64,000 nt of DNA, taken from assembly GCF_009914755.1 (NCBI RefSeq), contig NC_060940.1; one strand, given 5' to 3'. Position 1 is the first letter of the stretch; each line of letters opens with the position of its first letter. The position numbers and the translations under genes were made by a program. The stretch comes from the human T2T-CHM13v2.0 reference genome, Homo sapiens. The notes beneath the pieces are model-generated. The model ran no database searches and was not told where the DNA came from. It saw only the letters and a program-made list of their open reading frames with translations. Positions 1 through 15,270 of the stretch are shown here, piece after piece.

Positions 1-89
1 CTGAGGCGGGAGGACTGCTTGAGGCCAAGAGTTCAAGACGAACCTAGCCTACATAGCGAGAGACCCTGTCTCTGAACATAAAAAAAAAA
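1..89 (+). mobile_element. Alu monomer (FLAM-like), 3' part
   Basis: ctgaggcgggagga...gaccctgtctc plus A tail. Confidence 0.8.
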
Positions 90-1656
90 TGAAAATGCTC
101 TTTCTTTACTCATGAGTAAAATAAACAAGAAGTTTAAAAATACACGGGTGAGTTCTGGCTTTGTTCTCACGGTTGTTGGGGTCTTTGAGGCAGAGAGCAG
201 CAGCAGGATCCCCAGGGATGAGCTTCAGATGGGACGCTGGAAAGGAGACAGGGAGGCCAGGACGCTCGGAAGGGGACAGGGATGCTCAGTGGTTGCAGAG
301 GAGAGGAAGGGGCTCAGAATGATGCCACCGCACCGTGGGGTTTGAGTGGCAGGTGTGAGGCTGCATAAATAGGAAGGCGCTTACAGCCCATGGGGTCATC
401 TCAACAGTCACGGCACAGGGACACAAGGTCTCCCAAAGGCCGACTCTCTGAAACTGTCAGCAAGGTTTTGACTCGCAGACACCCCAAGTCTCTGCTGCAG
501 AGCCTCACAGACTCGGGGTTGGACGCTCCTTCTGCTCTGAAGATAATGCTGGTCTCTGAGGCAGTGCCTCTGCTCCAGGCTTCCGAGGGAGTCCCGGAGT
601 ACTGGGGTAACACACATCACGTGTGCCTCAACCACACAGCTCCATCCCCAACCTGCCGCGCTCAGAACCCTCAGCGGGGAATGTCATCCCCACTTCACAG
701 GCAAAGAAACTGAGGCTTTGCAGAAGGCATGTGGCTTGGACAAGGTCCCACGAGGGAATTCAACCCCCTTGTCCACTCAAAGGCCCTCGGCTGCACCGCA
801 CAGCCTGGACTGCGCACTTCCTCTCGCATCCTTCACCAGCAGGGACCAACAGCCGTCTTTTAAAAAGATCAAAGCCTATGAATAACTTCAAAGCTTCCAC
901 CGGCTCTCAGAACTCGGTGTCTTATGGGAAGCCCGAGGCTTGGGTCTCCGCGTGACTCCGGCCAGGCGCCCTTCTTCCAGACTCTGCCTGCTCTGCTGAA
1001 GAAGGAGCCGCAGCCCCGTTACTGTGCTGAACCTCTCGCGGGGGCAGCGGCTTTAGGCCCCTGGAGGTGGGGCCGGGCGCTCATGTGCTTTGGGACCATC
1101 ACTGGCGTCCAGCCCACAGAGCACCCCCGGGGGAGGGAGTTCCCAGCCGGCCCTTGGCCGCAGCTCTGCACCTCCAGGCCTCCTAACTGCTGCCACCAAC
1201 ACCCACAGGTGGCCCAGGCAGCCCAATCTCAGGGCAGCTGGAAGCCTTGGCGCCCCTCCCTGTTGCTACCTCTTGCGTTCCTCCAGTCACAGGGCCGCGT
1301 GTAGCCTCTGGCACGACCTATGCATCCGTCCCAGGCGCCCGGCTGTCCACTTGCTTAGGCCTGCTCACCTCAGGCCAGCAGGACACACGAGGCCCCTCAC
1401 AGAGCCCCCTGGACTGCCTCCTGCTCACCTGCCTGCGTCCACTGCTCCTCCCTGAGCCCTGGTCAGCCCCTTGGACAATATTTACAACATCCTCCTGCAA
1501 CTTGTATGGCATCTGCAGGTGGCTGACCCTCAGTGAACCTGAGCAGCGAAGGTTTGTCCACACAAGGGAAGCGTCACGGAAGCTCCTTGTAAACGGGACT
1601 CAGCTCAGGAAAAGGAACAGGCTCAACGGGTAACTTTTCTTTAATTTTAAAATTTA

Positions 1657-1699
1657 TTTTAAGACAGAGTCTTGCTCTGTCACCCAGGCTGGAGTGCAG
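1657..1699 (-). mobile_element. Short Alu 3'-end fragment
   Basis: agacagagtcttgctctgtcacccaggctggagtgcag. Confidence 0.75.
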
Positions 1700-2216
1700 C
1701 CACCACATCCCCCAAGGCCCCAACACGGGGACGCGCCCAGAGTCTCCCTTGGCCGTGCTGGTGTCTTCCTCCTGCCTCTCTCGCCTTCTCCTTCACCGAC
1801 GTCCATCTGCACTGGTGCCCACCTCTCCAAGCCCACGTGCTGCTCTCCCACGGGGTGGCCCCTCTGTCCACAGCAACATTCGCTGCCCCCACTCACGTGC
1901 ACCCATGTCCCCAATCGGGTGAGGGGCTGCTACCTGCCACCACTGCACATCAAGCTAGCCTATGAACCTTTCTGCAAAATCCTGCCGTGTGACCTAGGCA
2001 GGCCTGGGAGTCAGCCCTGGCTGGGGGCAGCAGCTCTAGCCTGGCCACCCCACTGAGTCCAGCCAGCTCCTAGCGTCTTCCTTCCTGCCTTGGCCAGTGT
2101 TCCTTGTAAAATCACCCAGCACGTATGATGGGCTGCGACCGTCTGTGCTGTGAGGCTGGGTGCTGGTTTGCTCACAATTCCATCCCGAGAACCAGTCTAG
2201 GGTCGGGGTGGGGCAA

Positions 2217-2297
2217 GCCAGGGAAGACAACGTCACACCGCGTGCCTCCTCACGCAGGCCAGGGAAGACAACGCCACACCGCGTGCCTCCTCACGCA
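2217..2297. repeat. 41-bp tandem duplication
   Basis: gccagggaagacaacgYcacaccgcgtgcctcctcacgca x2. Confidence 0.9.
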
Positions 2298-3996
2298 CAC
2301 CAGGCCACCCTCGGGGTTTCCGGATGTCGCTGAGGCCCGCGTGGATGTCTCCGGACGGCTCTGTGCCCTGAGGCCCTGCCCCATGGGGCACATGGAGTCA
2401 AAATCATCCAGCGCTCGTCACTCGCAAACATCACCAGGAGCCTGCCTGAGGGACAGGGGACGCGCCCCGGACATCCTGAACTCTGGTCAGGGCAAAGAGG
2501 GCTGGACCCAGGGCAGAGGAGCCCGGTCTCGACTTCATCCAGGTTCAGGCCCTCCCGTGCCCCTGCCAGGGGTGTCCTGTGGCCTGTGGTGAGTGGGACT
2601 TTCATTACGGATCAGGGGTGCTCTTTCCCTGTGAGGAGCTCGGGGGACCAGGGAGGCCTGAGGTCCACCTCACATGCCATGTCCAGAGGGGGTCTCAATT
2701 TCTCCTCCTCACTTCGTCTCGTTTTGGATATTTACGTCATCTCTCTGTATTTCGTGCGTTCTGTCAGGCATCTGAAACAAGGTGGCTTGGGAACAGATGA
2801 CCGTGTGATTGAATCTCGAGGCAGGCGAGCCAGAGCCTGGCGCTAGCTGAGGGGGAGCCCCACCCCTCTCTCCGGTGGCTCCACGTGGCTCCGTCACCAC
2901 GCATGCCCCGCCACACATCAAACGGGCACGTAAGACCCTGCCTGAATACAGGTGGAGGACAGAGCTCCCGGGCTTCACCCCCTGCTCGGCCAGGACCCAG
3001 CTGAACCACGTTCTCACCGACACCTTTAAAAGTCAGCTGCTACCACGCACAGCCACGCAGAGCCACGCAGAGCCACGCACACAGGCAGCACCCCAGGAAC
3101 CCGTATAACACCCAAGCAGTGAACGCCAGCTCCAAACAGCTTTCTTGGGGCAGGCGGGAGCGTGGCTCAGACAGGAAGGCTCGGGCAGGAGTGCCTCCTT
3201 CCTGGCAGGGCGGTGGGTCTGTGGGTGCCCTTGTGGTGAGCCATGCACCCTGGGGACTTGGAGGCTGCAGAGTGGCTTGTGGGGCACGGCTGCTGCACAG
3301 AGCCCCTGCCATGGTGTGTGGCACAGGGCTGTGTGCCTGGAGCTGCGAGGAAGGAAGGCTGAGAGGCCAGGGCTGAGGGCGAGAGGACAGGTCAGGGGTG
3401 CGTCTGCTTATTCCCAGCTCCCAGGAACCTTGGTCACTCACCCTCACCACAACTACACGTGCAGCTGTGCCTGGTGCTCAAGCCCACCTCGGTCATGCCA
3501 TTCTGGGCTATGCTCCTCCCAGGGCAGCTCTGCATCCCTCCTCCCCCTTCATTCTGGTCTTTCCTCCCCTCCAGGGCAGAGCGCAGAGCCCTGGGCAGGG
3601 AATCTGAGCTGCTCCTCTCTCGAACATGACCTTCTGCGTGATGTTTTAATGCCTCCCTCATTTTGCAATGTTTAGAGAAGCAGAGGCTTCTGAATGGAAG
3701 TCATTGCCAAGACAGTTAAGAGCAAAGATGGCACAGCACCGTGCCACAGATCCTGCTGGAAGGGGCCTCCAGAGCTCACACACGTCCCTAATGTGTGGAC
3801 AGGACGCCCTCAAAATGCAGGCCTCACTCCGGTCCCTGCAGGCTGTACGTGGTCACTGCTTGGGGCTGGCTGTGGAGTCCGTTGGAGCAGTCAGGAAGGT
3901 CCTGCCAGTCAGCCAGGGCAGTGTCTGCCTCAACCCTGGCTCCTGCTGGTCCCATCTGCACAGGCCCTAGGGCAGGTGAGAAACCCAGGGCAAAAG

Positions 3997-4417
3997 CGCC
4001 CCCTACCTCAGGCCTCACCAAGCTGCACGGTGCCACGCGGCCCCCCACCTCAGGCCTCAGCAAGCTGCACAGTGCCAGATGGCCCCACGCCTCAGGCCTC
4101 AGCAAGCTGCACAGTGCCAGATGGCCCCCCACCTCAGGCCTCAGCAAGCTGCAGAGTGCCAGACGGCCCCACGCCTCAGGCCTCACCAAGCTGCACAGTG
4201 CCACGCCGCCCCACGCCTTGGGCCTCACCAAGCCACACGGTGCCAACGCCGACCCAAGCCTCAGGACTCACCAAGCCACACGGTGCCAAGCCACCCCACA
4301 CCTTGGGCCTCACCAAGCCGCACAGTGCCAGTGACGTCCCATGCCTTGGGCCTCAGCAAGCCACATGGTGCAAATGCCGCCCCACGCCTTAGGCCTCAGC
4401 AAGTTGCACGGTGCCAG
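3997..4417. repeat. 42-43-bp minisatellite, about 10 copies (GGCCTCASCAAGCTGCACRGTGCCA...)
   Basis: GGCCTCA-type anchors at 4011, 4053, 4095, 4137, 4179, 4221, 4264, 4306, 4349, 4392. Confidence 0.93.
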
Positions 4418-5619
4418 GCTGAGGTCAAGCACATCTCTGCTGTCCTCTGGCATTTCCAGTGCCCTGGGCTCTGCCCCTTCCTCCAAGCACTCTGGCCCCA
4501 CGGCCACCTATGCCCATGCTGAGCCAGGTCCTCACCTGCTGCCAGGCTTTCCCGCTGTCCGTACGGGAACCCCTTGGCCACCAGGCTGGCTCTCAGCCCC
4601 CGCGTCTTCTGTTCCTTCTTTAGAGAGAACCTCGCGGGAGCGCTATGGTTTCTAACTCTGCAGTTACTTTGGAGATGAAGGAACGTGAGCTCTCAGTTAC
4701 GTGGCAGTGACGCTCACTGGGGTGTCTGTTTTGCTGCGAGAAAAATGAGCGAGGGGCAGCTGCTGCCGCTTCCCATGGCCCTGTCAGTGGTGCCTGCCTG
4801 TCTGCGGGCAGGCAGCGTGCTCCGCTCTCCCCCTTGCCAGCGGAAGGCTCATGGTGCCATGTGCTGGCTGCTCAGACTCCTCAGCAGCCCGGGGACCCCG
4901 TGCCCCAGGGTCCTTCATGCCTCCACTCTCTGCGCACTGCCCTCACACCCTGGAGGTCTCAGGGCTGGGGGCGCCACCCAGGCCGGAGCGGGCACAGTGG
5001 AAAAGCCTGGCATCCAGGAAGGAGAGCTCCCTCCGCCCCGAGTGACAGGAGGGGACGCTGTGGAGGGAAGCAGCTTGAAATACAGTGGGTAGGACGGCGG
5101 GGGGACCCTCAGTGGCGAGGAGCAGTGTGCCTCCAGGGATGCTGGGACGCCGAAAGCCTAGACTGAGACGATCCCACACACCACCTCAGCCTGGGGCCGG
5201 GGCAGATGTGAGCGCTGGAGCAGCACCCAGCCCAAGGGCCAGGTGGGAAGCAGATGCCTCGGCTCCAGAGCTTTGAGGTTATTCTGTGAATCCAGATTGC
5301 ATTTCAATAAATGTTGAGGTTGAACCGTGTGGAATTGCTAATACTGGCAATAGTGGTTCCAACGGATACTTCTAACCACGTAAACACTCACGAAGTAAAG
5401 CAGCCCGCATCCCCCACCACCCCTGAGCCTTGATGCCAGCGTGCCTGCCCCGTGCACGCGTGAACCTCGACAGCTTCCCCTGCTGGGCTGGCTTCCCACA
5501 GGCGTGCTCTGAGGAGGCAGCTTGAGGATCTCCCCATCCCCTCTCGGCCTCCACCCAGGACACACAGCAGTCACCCTAGAGGCCAGCACCTTCAGGGCTC
5601 TTGGGACATTCTGCTGCTC

Positions 5620-5721
5620 CCTGGATTCTGGTGTCTGTGATGAATGCGGGCACAGGGACCTGCTCCTGAGCCTGGATTCTGGTGTCTGTGATGGATGCGG
5701 GCGCGGGGACCCGCTCCTGAG
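5620..5721. repeat. 51-bp tandem duplication
   Basis: cctggattctggtgtctgtgatgRatgcgggcRcRgggaccYgctcctgag x2. Confidence 0.9.
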
Positions 5722-6789
5722 TGGTGAGGCTGCTTCCCTCTTAGATTCCTGCATCAGTTACCTGAAGAGTGCCCTGAAATTTCAAGGCAAGTCATTTAAA
5801 AAGGTGCAACTGTTTATAACGACTTAGTTTTGGGAATCGAATTTCCCAAATATTGTTCAATAGAAAACAAGGCATGGCGATGACAGGCTAGGGACTCTGT
5901 GGGGCTGTTGCTTCACATGCAGTCCCTGACTCCAGGCTGAGTGTCTGTCAGCACACACATTGTCTGCTCTGCAGCGTGCAGGGGCCTGGGAACACACTGC
6001 TTCACCACCACCTCATTTGGGCCCCTGTGTAAGGTTTTATTTGCGGGAGAACATTTCTCTGCTACAGAAACGTGACGAGCCCTGGTCCCTGAGGGCAACA
6101 AACGCACCTCCCTCTGAAGTTCACTCACAGAAGGCTCCATCTGCCCCTGACCACGCATCCATGTGCCCTGCCCACCTGGCTCCTGCAACCAGGTGTAGGT
6201 GGGGGACAGAGAAGGCTGGGCACAGGCCTGCTGTGAGTGGGGAAGCAGGCCCTGACTTAAGCCACTGAGTGAAAGATTTGTGGCAGATGGGGTGACGGGG
6301 CCCCAGGAGGTGAGGGGGGCAGGTGGGGGGCACTGGTTCAGACCCATGTCTGACCCCTGCTCAGCCCCTTGCTGGTTATGAGGGGCCCAGATGAGCTGCT
6401 TCTCCTCGGTCCCAAGTCCCTCAGCTGCTGGGAGGAGGGAACACCACCATGAGCCGCTTGGGGGTCGGGCAGCTGAGCACGCAGGACAGCACGCCTGAGG
6501 AGCTGGCCCCCCGCGGAGTCTCCGGTCAGGCAGCGCCCTCGTCTTGGATGCTGTGAATTCAGTGACAGGGAAGCCGGTGTTGCTGGTGGGCTTCCCCTTC
6601 CCACCTCCACCCCCACGCCAGCGCCTTCAAGGGTCAAGTCAGGCAGAGAGGAACAGCTGTCTCAGGAAGACAGAAATAGCAGAGTAGGGCCCGTCCCTGC
6701 AGGGATACGACCACTGCAGCCAGGCCCGGCGGCTGGGATGAACCCTTCCCATCAGGAAGACATGGGACCCAGGGCTTGCAGGCAGGTGA

Positions 6790-7371
<582 letters not shown>

Positions 7372-8957
7372 TAAAGGCTGAGGCACTTTGCTTTCCTGAG
7401 TCTGTGGGGTCTGATTGCTGACTGGCCCTTGTGCAGTCCACATGGGGCAGCCTGGGTCCTGCCCCTTCCTCAATGCTGAGGCAGCTGGTGGGGAGCAGCC
7501 CCTGGGCAGAGGCAGAAGAGCCCATGCCTGGCCCTGACCTTCCCAGCTAAGAGGCCTAGAACAGGTCAGGCCTAGGAAGGCCAAGGCATGTGCTCTGTTA
7601 TAAACGCAGCTTCCTAGGACCTGCCTGGGGTCAGCCTGGGGTCAGCGCAGGCCCTTTCCGTGAGCGGGACAAGACAGAGTGAGAACACGCTAGCACGTTC
7701 CACACTGCCTGAGCCGACAGTGAGGTGCCTGCACGAGCACATGCTGTGTGCCTGGCTCGGACACTGATGCAGACGGCAGGACCATCACGAGGCCCTGGCT
7801 TCCCCAAGCCGCCATGTGAGTTGGGGAGGAGGCCCGGCCTTGCAGGCGAGGGGCCATTGGTGCTCAGAGCCTCCTCTCAACGCTCTAGACCCAGCAACCT
7901 GGGACAGGTCTTGAGAAGACCTGGCGTCATAGAGGGTGACAGTGATGGAGTTGTCGTCAACGACCTATGGAAGGGTCCTGCGGTGTTCTAGACAAGTGCT
8001 TGAGCCACAGCAGTGTCCAGCCATGACCCCCAGCGACCCCAGGGGGCTCTGCTGGTCTTCTGTGGCTGACTGAGAGGTTTGAAGACTGTGGGCATCTGGG
8101 GCAGGCTCAGGTCTCCTGCTGCTCACTGGGACAGGTCAGCCCGGTGCCCGCAGAGACAGGGACACAGAGAAAGCGAGCATGTCGGCCCATGGCTGAGCAT
8201 GACCAGCACGGAGCTGCCCGCACCCTCCTTCTCCTCCTCGAGGCCGGTGCAGCGTTCTGCAGGTTGCCCTGCAGTTCCCACAGAGGAAGTGGCAGGAAGT
8301 CCAGAGTGAATCATTCTAGGAATAATGATCCTGGGCCCTTATCTTTCTTAAGAAATACAATTTCCAGAAGGAGGCTGACAGACTGTGGGGGCAGGTATTC
8401 CTGTGCTGGAAAGTGCCCTGAGCGAGTCAGGCCGGGCTCTCTGAGCGCTATTAATAGCATGGCGTGGCCCTGGGCAAGTCACTTCCCCTGGCGGGTAGGG
8501 GCGGGAAGGGAGGGGCCTCGAGGCTTCAGTGGAAGAGCACAGGGCGTGGAGCCTGGAACTGGAGCTGTGTCTTGGCTCCATCACCATCGACGTGGGGTCA
8601 GGCAGATGACTAAACTAACGTGAGCCTCTGCATGCCCAACTTCGAAAAGGGTAATTTCTGCCCCCACCCAACTGACTGTAAGAACGAATGAGACAGGGAT
8701 GTGGGACCTAGGACTGACTCCGCCTCCTCCCCTCCTGCATGACTGCAGGGAAAACATGAGACTCTCAACGAGGTACCCAGGCTAGGAAAGCTCCCACGGG
8801 GCCCTCTGCTGACCCGAGGGCCATAAAACAGAGAAGTGGTTTTCCTGTCTCACTGAAATGGCCAATCTCTACCGCGTGCAGGAATCGGAAATGCCGTGGC
8901 TTAAAGAAGGAAATGGAAGATTTTGAAAATGTAATTGGAAATGCTGGGTCAGAATAA

Positions 8958-9980
<1,023 letters not shown>

Positions 9981-12572
9981 AGATCACTGCATTTCTTAAT
10001 AAATCTCCTTGAAACTCTTGTTTAGAATTATTAGGACTACTGTGGATTTGGCATGTCGAAAATGACAGCTTACTTCCTGCAAAATCTTATTTCAGGACAA
10101 GATAGTGTTTCTAAATGTATTTTAAAAAATCACACATGGGGGCGAGCACCCTGATGGACTAAACCGAGCTGTCTTACAGCATTCCCGGGGGACAGGGCTG
10201 GAGGCCTTCGGAGGCCTGTCCTGGTCAGGAGGGATGGTGGCGGGGGCGGGACTGTGCTCCAACACGACCTCTGACAAGGTTGGACCAGGCTCTGTTCAAC
10301 AACCGCCAGAACGGCAGGCACCAGGGCGAGGGCCAGCAGCACCAAGAGGGCCCCTGGTGTCTCGGTGGCTTTTCTTGCCCCCACAGGCCACCTCTCCCCC
10401 TCAGTGTCCAACCATCACCCCTAACGGGTCTGTTTTGCCCAAAAAGGAAATGCATTTTGGCCCTGTTTAGACTTGTTTCATTGACAAACAGGACAGAAAG
10501 TAGCTATGTGCCTTTCTTCTATCATGTTGCTAATTTTAGAGTCGGGTTTTTTTTCCTGTACTCGCGTCTGTTTTAAACAGTCAGGGAGAGACTGAAGGGC
10601 GCCAGGATGTCCTGTCACAGGACAAGGAAACGCCTGCTATTACCTGTTATGCAAGTGAACCTCGATCCCAGGGCTCGGCAGAGGTGGGGTGGGCAGTGGG
10701 GAGAGAAGATGCTCATGAAAGGAGGAAAAGTACATGGAATTATGGGGAGGCTGGAATACCCTGGAAAGCCAGAGTGCAGCACACTGAAAGGAAGGCTCCT
10801 TGTCAGCTCCAAAGAGAGGCGATGGGGCCTGTGCTTTTGCTCTCGCTCCATGAATGTTTCTGGGCTCAGTGCCATGCTCAGCACGACGTCTGGGTCTGCA
10901 AAGGGACCACCCTCCTCGCCCCTCAAGGCTCCCTCTTCCCTGCTCTGACACCCAGAGAGAGCAGCTGAAATGTGCGGGGACCCCACTGTCCTGGCTTGGC
11001 TGCCGCTGCCCTTGGCATTCTATTCAGAGCTTGCATTCTGCTCACTCCACAGACCCCTAGCTTCTCCCCTCTCCTCCTCGTGGCCTCTTTTCTCTGCACT
11101 GCACCTCTGTTCTTTCACAGTCTGTGGTCTTGTTGATTTGTGCAGATAGGCACGGGCAGAGAGGGAAAGGAGTATTGAAGGGGGTCAGGGCAAGTTGCCA
11201 ATGGAAGGTAAAAGGTCATTACAGCCTCTGATGGCTGCAGCCACAGCATGACCCTGGCACCTGACGCCTGAGTGGCACAAGGCTGAGGGCGACTTCTGCA
11301 GGCAGCCTAGGCCGGGAGGCTCCCTGGCACTCTCCGGTGCCTGAGGATGCTCCGAGCCCTCAGGTGTTTCCCAGCTGGATCGCTGGCTGGTTCTGCAGGA
11401 GCCCAGAGCAGGTGGCCTGGGTTCTGCTCCTGGCTCTGCCCCTGGTCAGCTGTGAGTGCCTGGACGAGCCCCCCTTCCCCTGGTGTGATCTGTGCAGTGG
11501 AGAGTGACCACTCCAGCGCACAGATGTGCCCTCGTCAGCAATGCTCGCAGCTGTTATTCCAGCGTCTCTCTGAAGCCCTGCTGGGTAACATGCATGCTGA
11601 GAAGCTTCAGGCCCGAGGCGCATCCCACGTGCTCCCTGGTGCAGCACCTGTGCTCCCCACCTAGGCCTGTCTCCCTCGGGGGCGCAAACTGTCCTCTTGG
11701 CAAGAACACTGCCAGGATCCGTTCATGGAGCAGGGCCCTCCCGCCCGCAGCTCTGGCTTTCACACAGGGCCCGGGCCTCAGGGTCTGCTGTCCTGAGCCC
11801 GGCCTGAAGAGAACACTTTTCGGTGGTTTGATCCAGCAGCCCTGCAGAGCTCTGTACTTGGGTTGAGTCATATCTTCAATGGGCAACTCCTCAGCTGTTG
11901 CTGGAGCCCCAGGGCAGCTGTGCTGTCTTACTTGGGCTAGCATGAGGAGGTCGTGGCCATGCAATGGGGTCAAGCCAGTGAAGTCCCCGCCGTCCCCCAG
12001 TCGGTGCTCACATGACACTCTCTGCATCCGTGTGGGGACCTGTGGCATCTTTGCTATAAGTATGCTGGGCTTAGCTGGGTTTCCCCTTGTTTTGGTGCCA
12101 GAGAGGTGGGCATGATGCCGAAGGCTTCTCGCCTGCTTCTTCCTTGAAACAGTCCCTCTTTCCCACTCCCCATTACCTTGTAATTTGTATAAATGACTTC
12201 CAATCCTTTTTGGAAAATGGTGGCATATAACCCAAAATTCCCTGGACATGACATCGGGGCACCAGAAGGACACTAGAAAGGGCACCATGGATGGCACTGG
12301 TCCGTCCCGATGCCCCGTGACACACTGAGAAGCTGACTTGTAGAAGTCCGCTCTTCGTGTTTTATTCTGAACTGCCTTCAAAATGGCATTTAGGTTTTCC
12401 TGGAGACGCTGACTTTATCAGTCCTTAAATGGCCAGCAGGGTTGATACTCACTGACATGGAATCTTGCTCGCTGGTGAGAAAGTCTGCTGTTCTCTTAGA
12501 CTTGGGAATCGTCTCGTGGAAATATACACTTTTTTGTTATTTACAATAACCCGGTTCTTTGCTTGGTCTGGA

Positions 12573-13007
12573 TTATTTATTTATTCGAGATAGGGTCTCA
12601 CTCCGATACCCAGCCTGGAGTGCAGTGGTGCAATCTGGGTTCAATATAAGTTCCGCCTCCCAGGTTCAAGTGATTCTCCTGCCTCAGCCTCCCGAGTAGC
12701 TGGACTACAGGCATGAGCCACCATGCCCAGCTAATTTTTGTATTTTTGGTAGAGATGGGGTTTCACCATGTTGGCCAGGCTGGTCTCAAGCTTCTGACCT
12801 CAGGTGATCCACCCACCTTGGCCTCCCACAGCGCTGGGATTACAGGCGTGAGTCACTGTGCCTGGCAAATCATCTATTTATTTCTTAAAGCATAGATGGG
12901 GTCTTGCCACGTTGCCCAGGCTGGTCTCACACTCCTGGGCTCAAGTGATCCTCCCGCTTCAGCCTCTCAAAGTGCTAGGATGAAGGTGTGGGCCACTGCA
13001 ATCAGCC
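12573..13007 (-). mobile_element. AluS (12573-12866) plus older Alu left-arm fragment (12893-13007)
   Basis: Consensus match. Confidence 0.85.
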
Positions 13008-14452
13008 TGGTCTGGATAGCTCGCTTGCCTGTCTTTGGTACCCACTCCCCAGGCATCAGTTTATGTCCCTTCGTCTCTTCTTTCCCTTCCAACTTTGGCT
13101 GTTGAGAGCTTCGGAGCCTCTCGCTCTTCCCTCCCAGGGCCTCTCCCTCTAGAGAGGATTGTTTGGGTCACCGTCATCTTGTTGCTCACAGGTGGGAAAT
13201 GCCAGCCCCAGCAGGGACTTGAGGTGGCCAGGGGGCCGTCTGCTCCGCATAGATTCTCTTTAGAGCCAGTTGCACCCAGTTTGCTAGCTCTGCAGCTGTA
13301 CGAAGAGCATCAGGGGTCAGCCCTGGGGTCTTTCCACTCTGCCACCTGTGTGCATGTGTGACAGCCATTCCAAAAGGAAGGCCTGTGACAGAAGCTGAAG
13401 CCCCAAGAAGCCGCAGGAAGGAAAGGAGAGGGGAAAGGGCTGGCTGGGCTGCAGAGCTGTAATTCACACTGTCCGGGCGGCTCACAGGAAGAGGTTGTTT
13501 GCTTTGGCAACACAACTTCATGAAATGGAATTGATTCCATGGGCAGAATTTCGTGTTTGCTAAAACTCTTCCCTTACATTTGTTTCTAGACAAACTGATG
13601 AACATGATTGAAGTTTTGGGAGAAAAGTCTTCAGGAAACAGGACAATGAGGAGAGAGGGAATCTTAATATAAAGATGGTGGGAGAATGGAAAACTCAAAG
13701 GTTTAGGGCCAGCCCCAGCCCTGTCTCCTTCCACCCCTTCCCATCTCCCCCACGTAGGGAAGGTGGGAAGGACAGAAGTAAAAGGCTTCAGAACGGCATC
13801 CACAGCGCAGTGCGATCATGCAGCTGACTCAGTCACCTTCTTACGCGCGTCTGGAGGCCAAGGTTAGAGCAGCACAGCGAGGCATGTAGCTACAGGCGCC
13901 TCTGCATTTCCGTGTATTTGTTGGCTTTTTACTGCTGACAGGTGGAACACACGGAAGGTTCCCTCATGCCAGGCATCTGTTCACGACGTGAACCTTTCTT
14001 CGTCAGGGTAGGATCTGGGCCACCGTCCTCCGCAGGAGCCACCTGGCGCTCTCCAGCAGCGGTGCCCCTGCCTGCTCTGGTGCTAGGACGAGGGCAACGT
14101 CCCGTTTTCACCGCATGCCTAGGGCCGCGCAGGTTCATGAGGTTCAGGGCCTGGTGGCGCCTCTGGGTCTCACTGGCGTCCGAGGGCGCTGTCCTAACCT
14201 TCCAAACCCCTCTCTACCCTAGTTGTGCTCCAAACAGAACCAAAGACAAACAAAAGCCGACGCTGCTCTCCACACAGAAGTCACGTAAATGCAAAATTTT
14301 ACTTAGCCTTTTTTCACACAAGGTACAGACCTAGAATTTTCCCATCTGCTTCTGTGGCAACAAAAATGCCAAGTAAGCTCCAGCCTTGGAGCTGTACCAC
14401 CAGCGAGTGAAGCGCGGCTCCCAGAACGCGGCTCCAGACGCACCCCAGGTGC

Positions 14453-14763
14453 TTTTCTTTCTTTCTTTGTTTTTTGAGACTGGCTTTCGCTCTTGTTGCC
14501 CAGGCTGGAGGGCAATGGCGTGCAATCTCGGCTCACCGCCGCAAGCTCTGCCTCCCGGGTTCAAGAAATTCTCCTGCCTCAGGCTCTTCAGTAGCTGGGA
14601 TTACAGGTGCCCGCCACCACGCCCGGCTAATTTTTGTACCTTTAGTAGAGATGGGGTTTCCCCATGTTGGCCAGGCTGGTCTCAAACTCCTGACCTCAGG
14701 TGATCCACCTGCCTCGGCCTCCCAAAGTGCTGGGATTACAGGCATGAGCCACCACGCCTGGCC
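14453..14763 (-). mobile_element. AluS
   Basis: Full-length consensus match. Confidence 0.9.
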
Positions 14764-14996
14764 ACTTGTTGCTAGATTTTCAAAGACACAGCTTTCTAGA
14801 CTCATGACTCAGGGTTGGCCTGCCCTGTTCCCTCCTGCTTTGTGACGGTCCCTGCCTGTTAGGCTTGCTGTTTACACCTGATCTGCCACCTTGATTACTT
14901 TTCCACTCACACTTTTAGGATGTAGGGCCCATGTCCAGGTTGCGTGTGGACATGTGAACTCATACTTCTTTAATCAGTTTATCTACATTCTGAGTC

Positions 14997-15270
14997 TTTT
15001 TTTCTTTTTCTTCTTCTCTTTTTTGTCGCCCAGGCTGAGTGCAATGGTGCAATCACGGCTTACTGCAGACTCGACCTCCTGGGCTCAGCCTCCTGAATAG
15101 CTGAGGCTACAGGTGTGCACCACCACGCCCAGCTAATTATTTGTACTTTTTTGTAGAGGCAGGGTTTCACTATGTTGCCCAGGCTGGTCTCAAACTCCCG
15201 GGCTCAAGCAATCTGTCCACCTTGGCCTTCCAAAGTGCTGGGATTACAGGCTTGAGCCACCGCCCCAGCC
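14997..15270 (-). mobile_element. AluJ with small deletions
   Basis: Consensus match, gggctcaagcaatc. Confidence 0.85.

Noticed and set aside
3694-4522. 232-, 179-, 147- and 140-aa ORFs
   Set aside because: They stay open because the 42-bp unit is a multiple of 3 and GC-rich. There is no splice or homology support.
11554-12381. 275-aa minus-strand ORF in the shared intron
   Set aside because: Non-ATG start, no recognisable domain and no IFT140-like peptide; consistent with chance in GC-rich DNA.
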